Assembly: GCA_963827475.1 (NCBI GenBank)
Contig: CAWHAZ010000005.1
Span: forward strand, 256,001-320,000
Length of the DNA: 64,000 bases
Direction of reading: 5' to 3'
Source: an uncultured Chloroflexia bacterium
GTDB taxonomy: Bacteria; Chloroflexota; Limnocylindria; QHBO01
Shown one piece after another: positions 20,788 to 30,790 of the stretch; within the stretch, counting starts at the first letter, position 1; each line of letters begins with the position of its first letter. The position numbers and the translations under genes are program-made. The notes beneath the pieces were generated by a model that was given only the letters and a program-made list of their open reading frames with translations, was not told the origin of the DNA and did not search any database.

Positions 20788-21705
20788 AGCCAGTCGCTCC
20801 CGGAGCCGCGGGCGTCCTCGGCGTGGACCAGGACGCCGGAATCGAGCTCCGACTCGAACAGGGCCAGCTCCTCGTCCGGGATCCCGTAGCCATGCTCCTC
20901 GGCGGGGAAGGCCCCGCTGCGCACCTCGCCCGCATACGTCCCCAGGGCCGTTCGGATGTCCTCGGCCAGGTGGGCGTAGCGCTTCACGAAGCGCGGGGCT
21001 CGCCCTTCGGTCAGGCCCAGCAGGTCGTGCCAGACCAGGACCTGCCCATCGCAGCCTGGTCCCGCGCCGATGCCGATGGTCGGGATCCGCAGCGCCTGGC
21101 TGATGCGGGTGGCGACGCGGGGCGGGGACGGCCTCGAGCACGATCGCGAAGCAGCCGGCGTCCTGCAGGGCCAGGGCATCGGCCAGCAGGCCCCGTGCGG
21201 CGGCCGCCGTCCGACCCTGGGCCTTGTAGCCGCCGAGCATGGTGGCGGACTGGGGCGTGAGCCCGATGTGACCCATGACCGGGATGCCCGCCCCGACGAT
21301 CGCCCGCACCCGAGACAGCGACGCGCCGCCGCCCTCGAGCTTGACCGCGTCGGCGTCGGACTCCTTGACGAACCGGACCGCGTTGGACACCGCCTCGCCG
21401 TCGGAGACCTGGAACGAACCAAACGGCATGTCCGCCACGAGCAGCGCCCGATGGGCGCCTCTCCGCGCGGCCCGGGTCAGGACGATCATCTCGTCCACGG
21501 TGGCCGGGACGGTGGAGTCGTGCCCGAGCACGACCATTGCCGCCGAGTCGCCGACCAGGATCAGCTCGATCCCTGCCTCGTCCGCCAGGCGGGCGCCGGG
21601 GGCGTCGTACGCCGTGACCATCACGATCCGCTCGCCCTTCGGCTTCATGGCCGCCAGCTCGGGCAGGGAGAAGCGCGGGCGGTCGGTCGGCGTCTCAGTG
21701 GTCAT
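20784..21705 (-). CDS. panB: 3-methyl-2-oxobutanoate hydroxymethyltransferase (indel near 21120)
   Basis: MVTAYDA, LVGDS, ADMPFGS, VKLEGG, HIGLTPQ; other frame PTIGIGAG, DGQVLVWHDLLG, PRFVKRY. Confidence 0.93.
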
Positions 21706-22535
21706 CGGTCAGTCCACCTCCAGCGGCATCTTCGTCGGTCAGCAGAACGTTGTCTATCAGCCGGGTGGGACCGATGCGGACCGCCGCGGCCAGGGTCGGC
21801 CCGTCGAACGCGGCGATCGCGACGTAGTCCACCTCGACGCCCTCGGCGCGTGTCGAGGATTGCCCGCGCGGCCTCCACCGGGTCGCCGCCGGACCGATGG
21901 GCGGCCAGCCCGGCGTCGAGTGCCCGGGGCAGGGCCAGGGCCTGCGCCCGCTCGGCGGCGGACAGGTAGGCGTTGCGGGACGACAGGGCGAGCCCATCGG
22001 TGTCGCGCACCGTGGGCATGACCCGCAGGGTGATCCGTGGCTCGAGGTCGAGGTCGCGCAGCAGGGCGCGGATGACGGCGACCTGCTGGGCATCCTTGCG
22101 CCCGAAGTACACGCGTCGCGGCTCCACCAGGTGGAAGAGCTTGAGGCAGACGGTGGCCACGCCCCGGAAGTGGCCCGGGCGCACCGCTCCTTCGAGCGTC
22201 TCGGCCAGCGTCCCCGGATCGACCCACGTGTCGAAGCCCGGTGGATAGATCTCCTCCGGCGGGGGAGCGAACAGGATGTCGACCCCGGCGGCCTCCGCCA
22301 CGCTCGCATCCCGGGCCTCGTCGCGCGGGTAGGCGCCGAAGTCCTCCGCCGGCCCGAACTGGGCGGGGTTCACGAACAGCGACACGGCCACCTTCCGGTT
22401 CTCGTCGCGCGCGGCCGCGAAGAGCGAGCGGTGGCCGTCGTGAAACGCGCCCATGGTCGGCACCAACCCGACGTCGTCGCCGGATTGACCGGCCAGGGCC
22501 GTGCGGAGCTCGACTGCGCTGCGCACCACCTCCAT
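21695..22535 (-). CDS. panC: Pantoate-beta-alanine ligase (indel near 21845)
   Basis: VPTMGAFHDGH, FVNPAQF, RPGHFRGV, FGRKDAQQ, GLALSSRN; other frame RLIDN. Confidence 0.93.
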
Positions 22536-23230
22536 CAGGACCGGTCCTCGGCCGCCACCGCCCGGGTCGCCTCGGCCAGCGCCCGGTACACCGGCTCGAC
22601 GTCCGGCGTGCGCTCACCGATCGCGGCGAGGTGGGCCTCCACCGTGCTCCAGTCGCCGCGCGCGATCGGCCCGGTCAGCTGGAAGCCGTTCTCGATCACC
22701 CGCCGCATGAGCGGCACGAGGGCTTCGGGCGGGGCGCCGCTCTCCGCCAGCAGGCGCGCCGCGACCCGGTACAGGGTGACGAGGAAGTTGGAGGCCATGG
22801 CCGCGCCGGCGTGGTAGAGCGCCTTGTCCGCGTCGGCCAGGACGAACGGCTGCAGGCCGAGGCGCTCGGCCAGCCACTGGGCCGTGGCGCCGGCCTCCGG
22901 CGTCTCGAAGGTCAACGCCGCCCATGCGCCCTCGAGCTGCTCCGGCCCGCGATCGGTGGTCAGCGTCTGGAGCGGATGGAGGCTGAACCGGCGCTCGTGG
23001 GGTGACAGCGCCGTGACGGAGGTGGCGCCCGAGACGTGGGCGACCCACGGACCGATCGGCACTGCCTGCGCGACCTCGCCGATCACCGCATCGGGGACCG
23101 CGATCAGGACCAGCTCGGCGGACGGGTCGATCTCCCGCCCGCTGGTGACGGCGAGCCCGGCGTCCCGCAGCCGCCCGGCGAGCGCGGTGCCGGCTCGACC
23201 GCTACCCACGACGTGGACCGATCCGATCAC
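22535..23230 (-). CDS. Rossmann/DUF2520 oxidoreductase (PanG-type ketopantoate reductase candidate)
   Basis: GSGRAG, HVSGA, HPLQT, YHAGAAMASN, LTGPIARGD; coupled to panC-panB. Confidence 0.85.
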   Translation of the reverse strand: MIGSVHVVGSGRAGTALAGRLRDAGLAVTSGREIDPSAELVLIAVPDAVIGEVAQAVPIGPWVAHVSGATSVTALSPHERRFSLHPLQTLTTDRGPEQLEGAWAALTFETPEAGATAQWLAERLGLQPFVLADADKALYHAGAAMASNFLVTLYRVAARLLAESGAPPEALVPLMRRVIENGFQLTGPIARGDWSTVEAHLAAIGERTPDVEPVYRALAEATRAVAAEDRS

Positions 23231-23270
23231 GGGCAGAGTCTAGTGGGCGCCCTCCGCCCCCGGCGCGGGG

Positions 23271-23762
23271 TCAGAAGGGCTTGGTGATCATCAGCCAGAC
23301 GATGGCCGCCAGGCCGATGAGCCCGACCGCGGTGAGCTCCACGGGTCGTGACGAGCCCAGCAGGGTCTCGAGCTGGCCGGGGTTGGGGGTCGGGTCGATA
23401 TCCTTCTTGCGGTCGTACGCCCCGCGCAGACCGAGGGCATGGCGCACCTGGTCGAAGTAGCGCACGCCGCGGATGGACATCCAGGCCCACACGACGAGGA
23501 GGATGCCCAGCGATGCCCAGATCCAGCCCTCTCCCCAGTAGTCGCCCACGAACGCGGCGACGATCCCGGTGAGCGTCACCACGATCAACATCAGGGTGGC
23601 GATCCGCACCGCGAACAGCGACAGGTCGAGCAGGGCGCCGAGTCGCACCGGGTCGCGCTCATCGCGGAGGCGGAGGCTCACGAAGACCGAGACGCCGTGG
23701 GCCAGGACGAACGCGAACGCGGACGCGACGTGCAGCCAGAACAGGATCCGGGCGAGGTCCAT
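23271..23762 (-). CDS. DUF2269-like 4-TM membrane protein
   Basis: LHVASA start, GWIWASL, C-terminal LMITKPF. Confidence 0.7.
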   Translation of the reverse strand: MDLARILFWLHVASAFAFVLAHGVSVFVSLRLRDERDPVRLGALLDLSLFAVRIATLMLIVVTLTGIVAAFVGDYWGEGWIWASLGILLVVWAWMSIRGVRYFDQVRHALGLRGAYDRKKDIDPTPNPGQLETLLGSSRPVELTAVGLIGLAAIVWLMITKPF

Positions 23763-23810
23763 CGGTCGGGATGGTACCGATCGCCGGCGGTGGCCGGCGC
23801 GGCAGATCGA

Positions 23811-24611
23811 CTACGCCGGCTCCCAGTGGTAGTCGCCGGTGAACAGCCCGTCGACGATGCCGATCTGGTAGGCGAGATACAGGCCGAAGGCGATGGACAG
23901 GATGCCCATGCTCACCGTGAGCCAGCGGTTGATCCGCTCCGAGCGGGCGCGGCTGACCAGGAACGGCAGACCGATGACGGTGGTCAGGATGGCCATCCCA
24001 GCGGCGACCCCGGCGCAGAAGATGACGAGGTAGGCGAGGGCCTGCTGCGGATCGCTGATCGTGGTCAGGACGAGGAGCGCGACCGCGGCTGAGCCGGCCA
24101 GGCCGTGGACCAGGCCCACGACCACGGGGCGGCCGAGCTGGTACCAACCGACCGTGTCGCGCAGGTCGCGGAGGCTGCCCAGCGCCGCATCGGTCCCATG
24201 CCCATGGAGGTGCGCATGCTCGTGGCCGTGCATGTCGGCGTCCTCGTGAGCATGCCGGTGCTCGTGGTCATGGCCGTGCAGCGGTGCCGGCGGGGTGAGC
24301 CGTTCGGTGATCCCGCGCAGGGCACCGGTGAGGCTGAGGACGCCCAGCACGATGAGCATCACCGCGACGGCCAGCTCCATGGCCAGTCCCAGCGCCGGCG
24401 GGATCACGACCCCGAAGACGATGATCGCCATCCCGACCACCAACACGGTGATGCTGTGGCCGAGGCCCCAGAGCGCACCGATGAGGGTCGAGTGCGCGAA
24501 GCGGCGGGTCCGCGACAGGATGGTGGTGACCGCGATCACGTGGTCCGCGTCGGTCGCATGTCGCATGCCGAGCACGAACCCGAATCCGGCCAGGGCCAGC
24601 AGTTCGCTCAT
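23811..24611 (-). CDS. Nickel/cobalt transporter (NiCoT/UreH-like)
   Basis: GMRHATDADH signature, WGLGHS, His-rich loop, GLVHGLAGS. Confidence 0.9.
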   Translation of the reverse strand: MSELLALAGFGFVLGMRHATDADHVIAVTTILSRTRRFAHSTLIGALWGLGHSITVLVVGMAIIVFGVVIPPALGLAMELAVAVMLIVLGVLSLTGALRGITERLTPPAPLHGHDHEHRHAHEDADMHGHEHAHLHGHGTDAALGSLRDLRDTVGWYQLGRPVVVGLVHGLAGSAAVALLVLTTISDPQQALAYLVIFCAGVAAGMAILTTVIGLPFLVSRARSERINRWLTVSMGILSIAFGLYLAYQIGIVDGLFTGDYHWEPA

Positions 24612-24674
24612 GCGCTCCTTCCTCGGTCGGGCGATCGAGATTGTACCGATGTCCCCTCCCTATCCTTACGGGGC

Positions 24675-25583
24675 ATGGCTGTTCCCGCATCACCGGCCAC
24701 GTTTCTCGGCCTGCCCGCGGCCGATCCCGGATCGCTGCGTGGCGGCGTGGCGATCCTCGGCGTGCCGCATGGTGTCCGCTATCCGGAGGGCGCGGCCACG
24801 GGCAGCGCCGCGGCGCCAGCGGCCATCCGGAGCGGCTCGCAGCGGCTCGCGCCGTTCGTCGGCAACCACGACTTCGACACCGGCGCCCCGATGCTCCCGA
24901 ACGTCGAGCAGGTCGTGGACTGCGGTGACGTCCCCGGGGATCCGTCCGACAGGGCCGGCAGTGCCGCGCAGGCCGAGGCCGTCGTCCGAGGCCTGCTCGA
25001 GCGGGACGTGATCCCGGTCGTGCTCGGCGGCGACGACTCGATCCCCATCCCGGTCCTCGCCGCGTTCGACGGCCACGGGCCGCTGACCGTGCTGCAGGTC
25101 GACGCCCATCTCGACTTCCGGCACGAGGTCGGGGGCGAGACCCGCGGCTACTCCTCGCCGATGCGGCGCGCCTCGGAGATGGATCACGTCGAGCGGGTCG
25201 TGCAGGTCGGCCTGCGCGGGGTGGGCAGTGCCCGCCCACGGGACGTGGAGGATGCCCGCACCGCCGGCGGCCTGCTGGTCACCGCTCGCGAGGTTCGGGA
25301 ACGCGGGGTGGGCTGGGTGCTGGACCAGATCCCCGCCGGCGCATCGGTCTTCATCGCCTTCGACCTGGACGGGCTCGACCCAAGCCTGTGCCCGGCCGTC
25401 AACGCGCCGGTGCCCGGCGGACTGTCGTGGGACGAGGCTGCCGACCTGCTGTCGGGCGTTGCGGCTCGGTGTCGGGTGGTCGGCGCCGCATTCACCGAGC
25501 TGGCCCCGGACCGCGACCCGTCGGGCGCCTCGGCGGTCGTGGCCGCGCGGCTGGTGATTCGGCTACTCTCTGCCCTCCCGTGA
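24675..25583 (+). CDS. Ureohydrolase (arginase/agmatinase family), atypical metal motif
   Basis: DCGD, LGGDDS, VDAHLD, FDLDGLDP, PGGLS, ELAPDRD. Confidence 0.88.
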   Translation: MAVPASPATFLGLPAADPGSLRGGVAILGVPHGVRYPEGAATGSAAAPAAIRSGSQRLAPFVGNHDFDTGAPMLPNVEQVVDCGDVPGDPSDRAGSAAQAEAVVRGLLERDVIPVVLGGDDSIPIPVLAAFDGHGPLTVLQVDAHLDFRHEVGGETRGYSSPMRRASEMDHVERVVQVGLRGVGSARPRDVEDARTAGGLLVTAREVRERGVGWVLDQIPAGASVFIAFDLDGLDPSLCPAVNAPVPGGLSWDEAADLLSGVAARCRVVGAAFTELAPDRDPSGASAVVAARLVIRLLSALP

Positions 25584-26626
25584 GTACCGCCAGCGGCGGT
25601 TCGACCGCCGACACCCTCGCCATCGAGGCGAATGACCTGGTCCGGACCTATCGGACGCACACCGGTGTGGTCCGCCGGCGATCGCTGGAGGTCGAAGCGG
25701 TCCGCGGCATCAGCTTCAACGTCCGCAACGGGGAGCTGTTCGGCCTGCTCGGACCGAACGGAGCGGGCAAGACGACGACGATCAAGATGCTCGTCACCCT
25801 TCTCCTCCCCACGTCCGGCACGGCCCGGGTCATGGGCTACGACGTCGTCCGCGACACGACCGAGGTCCGCAAGCGGATCGGCTACGTGTTCGGCGGCGAG
25901 GGCGGCCTGTACGACCGGATCAGCGGCCTCGACAACCTGCGATTCTTCGCGGAGCTGTACGGGGTGGAACCGGCCGCCCAGCGGCCGCGGATCGACGCCC
26001 TGCTGGACCTCGTCGGTCTCGCCGGTCGGGAGCGGGAGAAGGTGGAGGGCTACTCGCGCGGCATGCGCCAGCGGCTGCACATCGCGCGCGGCCTGCTCCA
26101 CGACCCGCCCGTCCTGTTCCTCGACGAGCCGTCGCTGGGCCTCGACCCGGTGGGCGCCCGCGAGCTGCGCCGAACCATCGCCGACCTGGTGGCGGGCGGG
26201 AAGACCGTGCTGATGACCACGCATTACATGTTCGAGGCCGATGCGCTGTGCGAGCGGATCGCGGTCATCAACGGCGGCAGGATCGTGGCCACCGGCACCG
26301 GGTCCGACCTGAAGGCGGTGATCGCCAACCGAACCATCGTCGAGATCGAGACCTACGGCGTGACCGCGGAAGCGGTCGACCGCCTGCGGGCCGACCCGGA
26401 CGTGATCGCGGTCAACACCGAGGACCAGGACCAGTCCCAGATCCTCCTCGTCCAGTCCGAGCGCGGGACCGAGATCACGCAGCGCCTGATCCAGCAGCTG
26501 GGCGACACCCGGATCGGCAAGATCTCCGCCCGCGAGCCGACGCTGGAGGACGCCTACGTCCACCTCATCGCGAGCACCGGTGGCGAGGACGGGAATGGCG
26601 CGGCCCGGGCGGCGGCGGTGGCCTGA
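25580..26626 (+). CDS. ABC transporter ATP-binding protein (DrrA-like)
   Basis: GPNGAGKTT, YSRGMRQRL, LFLDEP, TTH; GTGA overlap. Confidence 0.93.
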   Translation: MSTASGGSTADTLAIEANDLVRTYRTHTGVVRRRSLEVEAVRGISFNVRNGELFGLLGPNGAGKTTTIKMLVTLLLPTSGTARVMGYDVVRDTTEVRKRIGYVFGGEGGLYDRISGLDNLRFFAELYGVEPAAQRPRIDALLDLVGLAGREREKVEGYSRGMRQRLHIARGLLHDPPVLFLDEPSLGLDPVGARELRRTIADLVAGGKTVLMTTHYMFEADALCERIAVINGGRIVATGTGSDLKAVIANRTIVEIETYGVTAEAVDRLRADPDVIAVNTEDQDQSQILLVQSERGTEITQRLIQQLGDTRIGKISAREPTLEDAYVHLIASTGGEDGNGAARAAAVA

Positions 26627-26629
26627 CCG

Positions 26630-27433
26630 ATGACCGTTCTCGGCTCGTTCCGATCGGATGCCCACCAGGTCGCCCGGGTGTGGGCGTTCACCATGCGGAT
26701 CTTCCTGATCAGCGACTTCTTCATCCTGACCGCCGTCGTCCAGCCGATCATCTTTGCCAGCATCGCCTTCTTCCTGTTCGAGGTCGGTGGCGACGCGGCC
26801 GGCGAGCAGACGCTGCTCTTCGCCGCGCTGGGCACCGGGATGATGGGGGTGTGGTCGACGACCCTGTTCGGCGGGGGCGGGGCCATCGCCTGGCAGCGCT
26901 GGGAGCGCACCCTCGAGCTGCTGGTGGCCGCTCCGCGCCGGTACGACCTGACCCTGCTCGGCCAGACGCTGGCCACCACCACGTTCGGGTTCTACTCGAT
27001 GATCGCCACCCTGGCCTGGGGCGTGCTGCTGTTCGGGATGCCGCTCGACGCCAACTGGCCGCTCCTCCTGCCGCTGTCCCTGCTGGTCGCGGTCATCGGG
27101 CTCGGGATCATGGGCATGCTGCTGGCCACGACGTTCGTCCTGTACCGCCACGCCAATGCCCTGAGCAACCTGCTCGAGTACCCGGTCTGGATCGCGACCG
27201 GGATGCTGGTGCCGCTCGCCCTCCTCCCCGGTTGGCTGGGCCCGATCAGCTGGGTCCTGCTGCCGACCTGGGCGGTGGAGGCCATCCGCGGGGCGGCGAT
27301 CGGCGCGGAGCCGCCGTGGCTGGCCATCGCGATGTGCCTGATCCTGGCGGTCATCTACTACGTCATCGCCCGACGGGTCCTGGTCTACGTCATCGACAAG
27401 GCCCGGCGCGACGCGACCCTCAACCTGGCCTGA
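26630..27433 (+). CDS. ABC-2 permease
   Basis: QRWERTLELLVAAP, about 6 TMs. Confidence 0.85.
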   Translation: MTVLGSFRSDAHQVARVWAFTMRIFLISDFFILTAVVQPIIFASIAFFLFEVGGDAAGEQTLLFAALGTGMMGVWSTTLFGGGGAIAWQRWERTLELLVAAPRRYDLTLLGQTLATTTFGFYSMIATLAWGVLLFGMPLDANWPLLLPLSLLVAVIGLGIMGMLLATTFVLYRHANALSNLLEYPVWIATGMLVPLALLPGWLGPISWVLLPTWAVEAIRGAAIGAEPPWLAIAMCLILAVIYYVIARRVLVYVIDKARRDATLNLA

Positions 27434-27440
27434 TCGCGCC

Positions 27441-28274
27441 GTGTCCGCCATCCCGGCATCGACCGTTCCCTCCCAGCCGGGGTCGTTGCGCGCGAACTGG
27501 CGGATCTTCTGGCACGGGGGCCGACTGAGCTACACCGCGCTGTTCAACTGGGCTCGACCCTCGATCTACATCCCCACCATGCTCGGCGCGCCCACCTTCC
27601 AGATCCTGTTCTTCGCCGCCCTGGGCAGCTACGCGACCGGGATGGATCCGGAGTTCTTTGCCATCGGCAACGCCGTCCAGGTCTGCGCCATGTCGGGCAT
27701 CTACGGCATGACCATGGCCGTCGCCAACGAGCGGTGGTTCGGGACCCTGGCGGCCCTGATGGCCAGCCCCGCGAATCGGGCCGCGCTGTTCGGCGGGCGG
27801 TTCATTCCGTTCATCGTCAACGGGTTCCTCGTCTCGGCCTACGGATTCCTCCTGTGCTGGATCTTCCTCGGCGTGCGCTTCGATGCCGCGACCCTGGGCG
27901 TCATGGTGCTGGCCATGATCGTGACCGCGTTCTCGTGCTCGGCCATCGGCGCGGTCCAGGGCGGCATCTCTCTGCGCATGAGGGACGGGCTGTTCGGCGC
28001 GAACCTGCTCGTCTTCCTGTTCCTGCTGTTCTGCGGGGTGAACATCCCGCTCGAGGCGCTCCCACCGTGGATGCAGGCCGTGAGCCAGGTGCTGCCCTTC
28101 ACCCACGGGCTGGAGGCCGTGCGGCAGGCGATCGACGGCGCCACGCTTGCCGAGGTCGGCAACCTGATCGGGATCGAGTTCCTCATCGGCATGGCCTACG
28201 CCATCGCCGCGTTCTTCCTGTTCCGCTGGCTGGAGCGCGGTTCCTACCGGAACGCGACCCTCGACGCCCGGTGA
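27441..28274 (+). CDS. ABC-2 permease
   Basis: NERWFGTLAALMASP, PLEALPPWMQ, LPFTHGLEA. Confidence 0.85.
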   Translation: MSAIPASTVPSQPGSLRANWRIFWHGGRLSYTALFNWARPSIYIPTMLGAPTFQILFFAALGSYATGMDPEFFAIGNAVQVCAMSGIYGMTMAVANERWFGTLAALMASPANRAALFGGRFIPFIVNGFLVSAYGFLLCWIFLGVRFDAATLGVMVLAMIVTAFSCSAIGAVQGGISLRMRDGLFGANLLVFLFLLFCGVNIPLEALPPWMQAVSQVLPFTHGLEAVRQAIDGATLAEVGNLIGIEFLIGMAYAIAAFFLFRWLERGSYRNATLDAR

Positions 28275-28301
28275 CCTGCTGAACCGTTCCTAGCCGAGCG
28301 T

Positions 28302-28329
28302 GACGGGGGCGCCGGGCGCCGCCCCCGTC
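28302..28329. terminator. GC-rich hairpin between convergent genes, probable terminator
   Basis: GACGGGGGCG-N8-CGCCCCCGTC; no U-tract. Confidence 0.55.
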
Positions 28330-28354
28330 CGTGCCGCGTAGCCGAGGTGCCCGA

Positions 28355-30561
28355 CTAGGGTCGGCCGCGCAGGATTTCTCGGAGCACTCGGCCCTGGGCC
28401 TGCGCGGGATCCGGCACCCCGAGCAGATACGCGAGGGTGGGCGCCAGGTCGATCACCTCGATTCCGCTGAAGGCGCCTCTCCGGATCTCGTGGCCGCCGG
28501 CCAGGAAGGTGGCTCGCATGTTGATGTTCGCCGCCAGGTCCTGGACGTCGGGCACATACCCGTGCTGGCCAAAGAACGCCGATCTGGCGATCAACGTGCC
28601 CGGCGTCGCCGCATCGAACTGGTACGGCGGGTACGAGAAGACCACGACATCGCCGGTCCGCATCGGATGCGACATGTCGGTTGTGGTTCCCGGGCCGGTC
28701 GGGATGGTGTTGGCGTCTGCCTTGGTGTAGGCCCGATCGATGACCGTCCAAGCCTCCGGATTGCCGTCGCCGGTCCAGTCGTTGGGATCGGTCAGACCCA
28801 GGTACTCGGCCTTGATGGCGGCGACGGTCGCCGCCTCGTCCTCGGCCGCGACCTGCATGAAGGGTCCCGCGGGATCACGCCCAGCCAGGTTGAGGTAGAT
28901 CTGGAGCGCTCCTCCCGCCCAGCAGGCCTTCGCCTTGCCGATGGTCTCGCCGAACGCCAGCCGGCAGTTCGCGGTCTGCGGGTTAGAGAGCAGCCCAAGG
29001 TCGACGAGCACTTCGCTGGCGTCGATGGCGAGGAACTGGGGCGCGAAACCGTGGTCCGAGCCCACGAACGTCGTCGCGTGCTTGGGCATCAGCGACTGAA
29101 CCAGGGCCAGGGTGGCATCCGCCCCCTCATAGGCCCGACTGATGAACGCCTCGCGCTGCGAGACGCGCCCGTCAGGAGTGCCGTTGGATTGGACGTCGTC
29201 GTAGGCAGGGTTCGGGTCGCCGCCGGGCAGCGACGGCGAGATGAGGCCCAGGAACTGGTGCTGGAACTCATCGGTCACCGGATATCCGGCCAGGACCAGG
29301 TCCGGCTGGTAGGTCGTGAGGATGTACTCGATCAGCGGGTGGTGACCGGTCTCCCAGTACAGCCCCTGCTCGATGTAGGTCTCTTCGCTCACGATCCCAG
29401 CCTCGAGGACCGCGAAATCGCCGGCGGTCGAGACCGGGAACTCCTCGGCAACGAAGTCTGCGAAGTCGCCAACGAAGCCCGGCTCGCCGGGCCAGCCGAT
29501 CCAGCTGGCGGTGGCCCGCGTAACCGACGTGTGGAACAGCCGGTAGATCGGCGTCCCGTCTCCCGCGGTGTCCAGCCGCTCGACCTTCATGAGGAAGCCG
29601 CCGGTCTCGCCGTTCAGGAACGAGCCGGTGATGGTCACCTTCTGCTCCGCCCACTGCGCCCTCGGCGAGCTCGGCGACGGTGCCATTGGCGTAGTCCTTG
29701 TCGGTATCGAAGGCGACCGTGTCGTATTCGGCCGCGCCACCGGGAGATCCGAACAGGATCGCGTTCAGGCCGTAGCGGTCGGGGATGGGCGCGGTGAAGC
29801 CGTCCAGGACCCGCATCCTGGTTGAGCGGACGGGGACGTCGCTGGCCGGCAGGTTGGTCCATCCGTCATCGGCGGCGAGGGTCGTGCCGGCATAAGCCGC
29901 GTCCGGTGCCCAGAGGTTGCCGTTGGCGGTATTGCTCAGGCCGGGGTGGTCGAGGTTCGAGTCGAATTGGAGCCTGAACGACGAGGTGAATGGACCGCTG
30001 TCGTCGGGACTGATGTAGTTGGTGACGACGCCGCGTCCTGAGACGAAGCTGCGAAAGTCGACGGTCGGTCCATTGATGGCGCCGATGCGCCCGCCGGCCC
30101 ACTCGATCTGGGCCACCTTCAGGCCATCCGCTTCCGCGGACTGGGCGAGCGTCTGGGCCTGGAGGATGCCAGGCGTGAATGATCCCGTCGAGCTGTCGAA
30201 CGTGTTGCCGTTGATGTGGAAGGTGTTGTTCGTCGAGCCGTGGACGCCGGGCCAGGCGCCGGTCGCCATGCTGTACCAACCTGCACCGGTGTTCGGGGGT
30301 GCCTGGGTCAGCATCCCGCCGCCAGTCGGCCGATGCCCCCTTCTTCAGGAGGTCGGCGAAGGTCGGTAGCAGACCGTCAGCGACGTAGCCTGAAATCAGG
30401 TCCTGCCGCATCCCATCGGCGGCAAACAGGATCGCGGATGGCGGCTCGGCGGCGGCCGCCGAGCTGGGTGCGGCCACGTGGTTGGGGACCACAGCACCCA
30501 TGGCGAGGGCAAGTGCGAGGGGTAGGGCGGCAAGCCGGTGGATTCGTGTGCGGGTTGCCAT
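28355..30561 (-). CDS. Secreted alkaline-phosphatase-superfamily phosphodiesterase (NPP-like); indels near 30320 and 29660
   Basis: Signal peptide; ADGMRQD; PPNTGAGWYSMATG (Thr nucleophile); TDEFQH; SDHGF; GQHGY; DLAPT. Confidence 0.82.
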
Positions 30562-30790
30562 CGTTTCCTCCGTTGCGTCACAGCGTGGGCGGGAAACGCT
30601 TACCGCACCTTACTACCGGAGGCTCTTCCGCTGCCTCAAGAGCTCTCGGCCGACGCGTCATTTCAAACACCCCGTTGACATGACCTGCGGGGTCCGGGTG
30701 GCAGGGCTCGGCCCATCGGGGTAGGGTGGACGGGTCACCCGGTGGGTCGCCCGACGCCGGACCGTTCGAACCGTCCTTGAGGGAATTGCT

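Noticed and set aside
24612..24674. Guanidine or NiCo riboswitch between NiCoT and ureohydrolase
   Set aside because: Spacer is only 63 bp and shows no consensus elements
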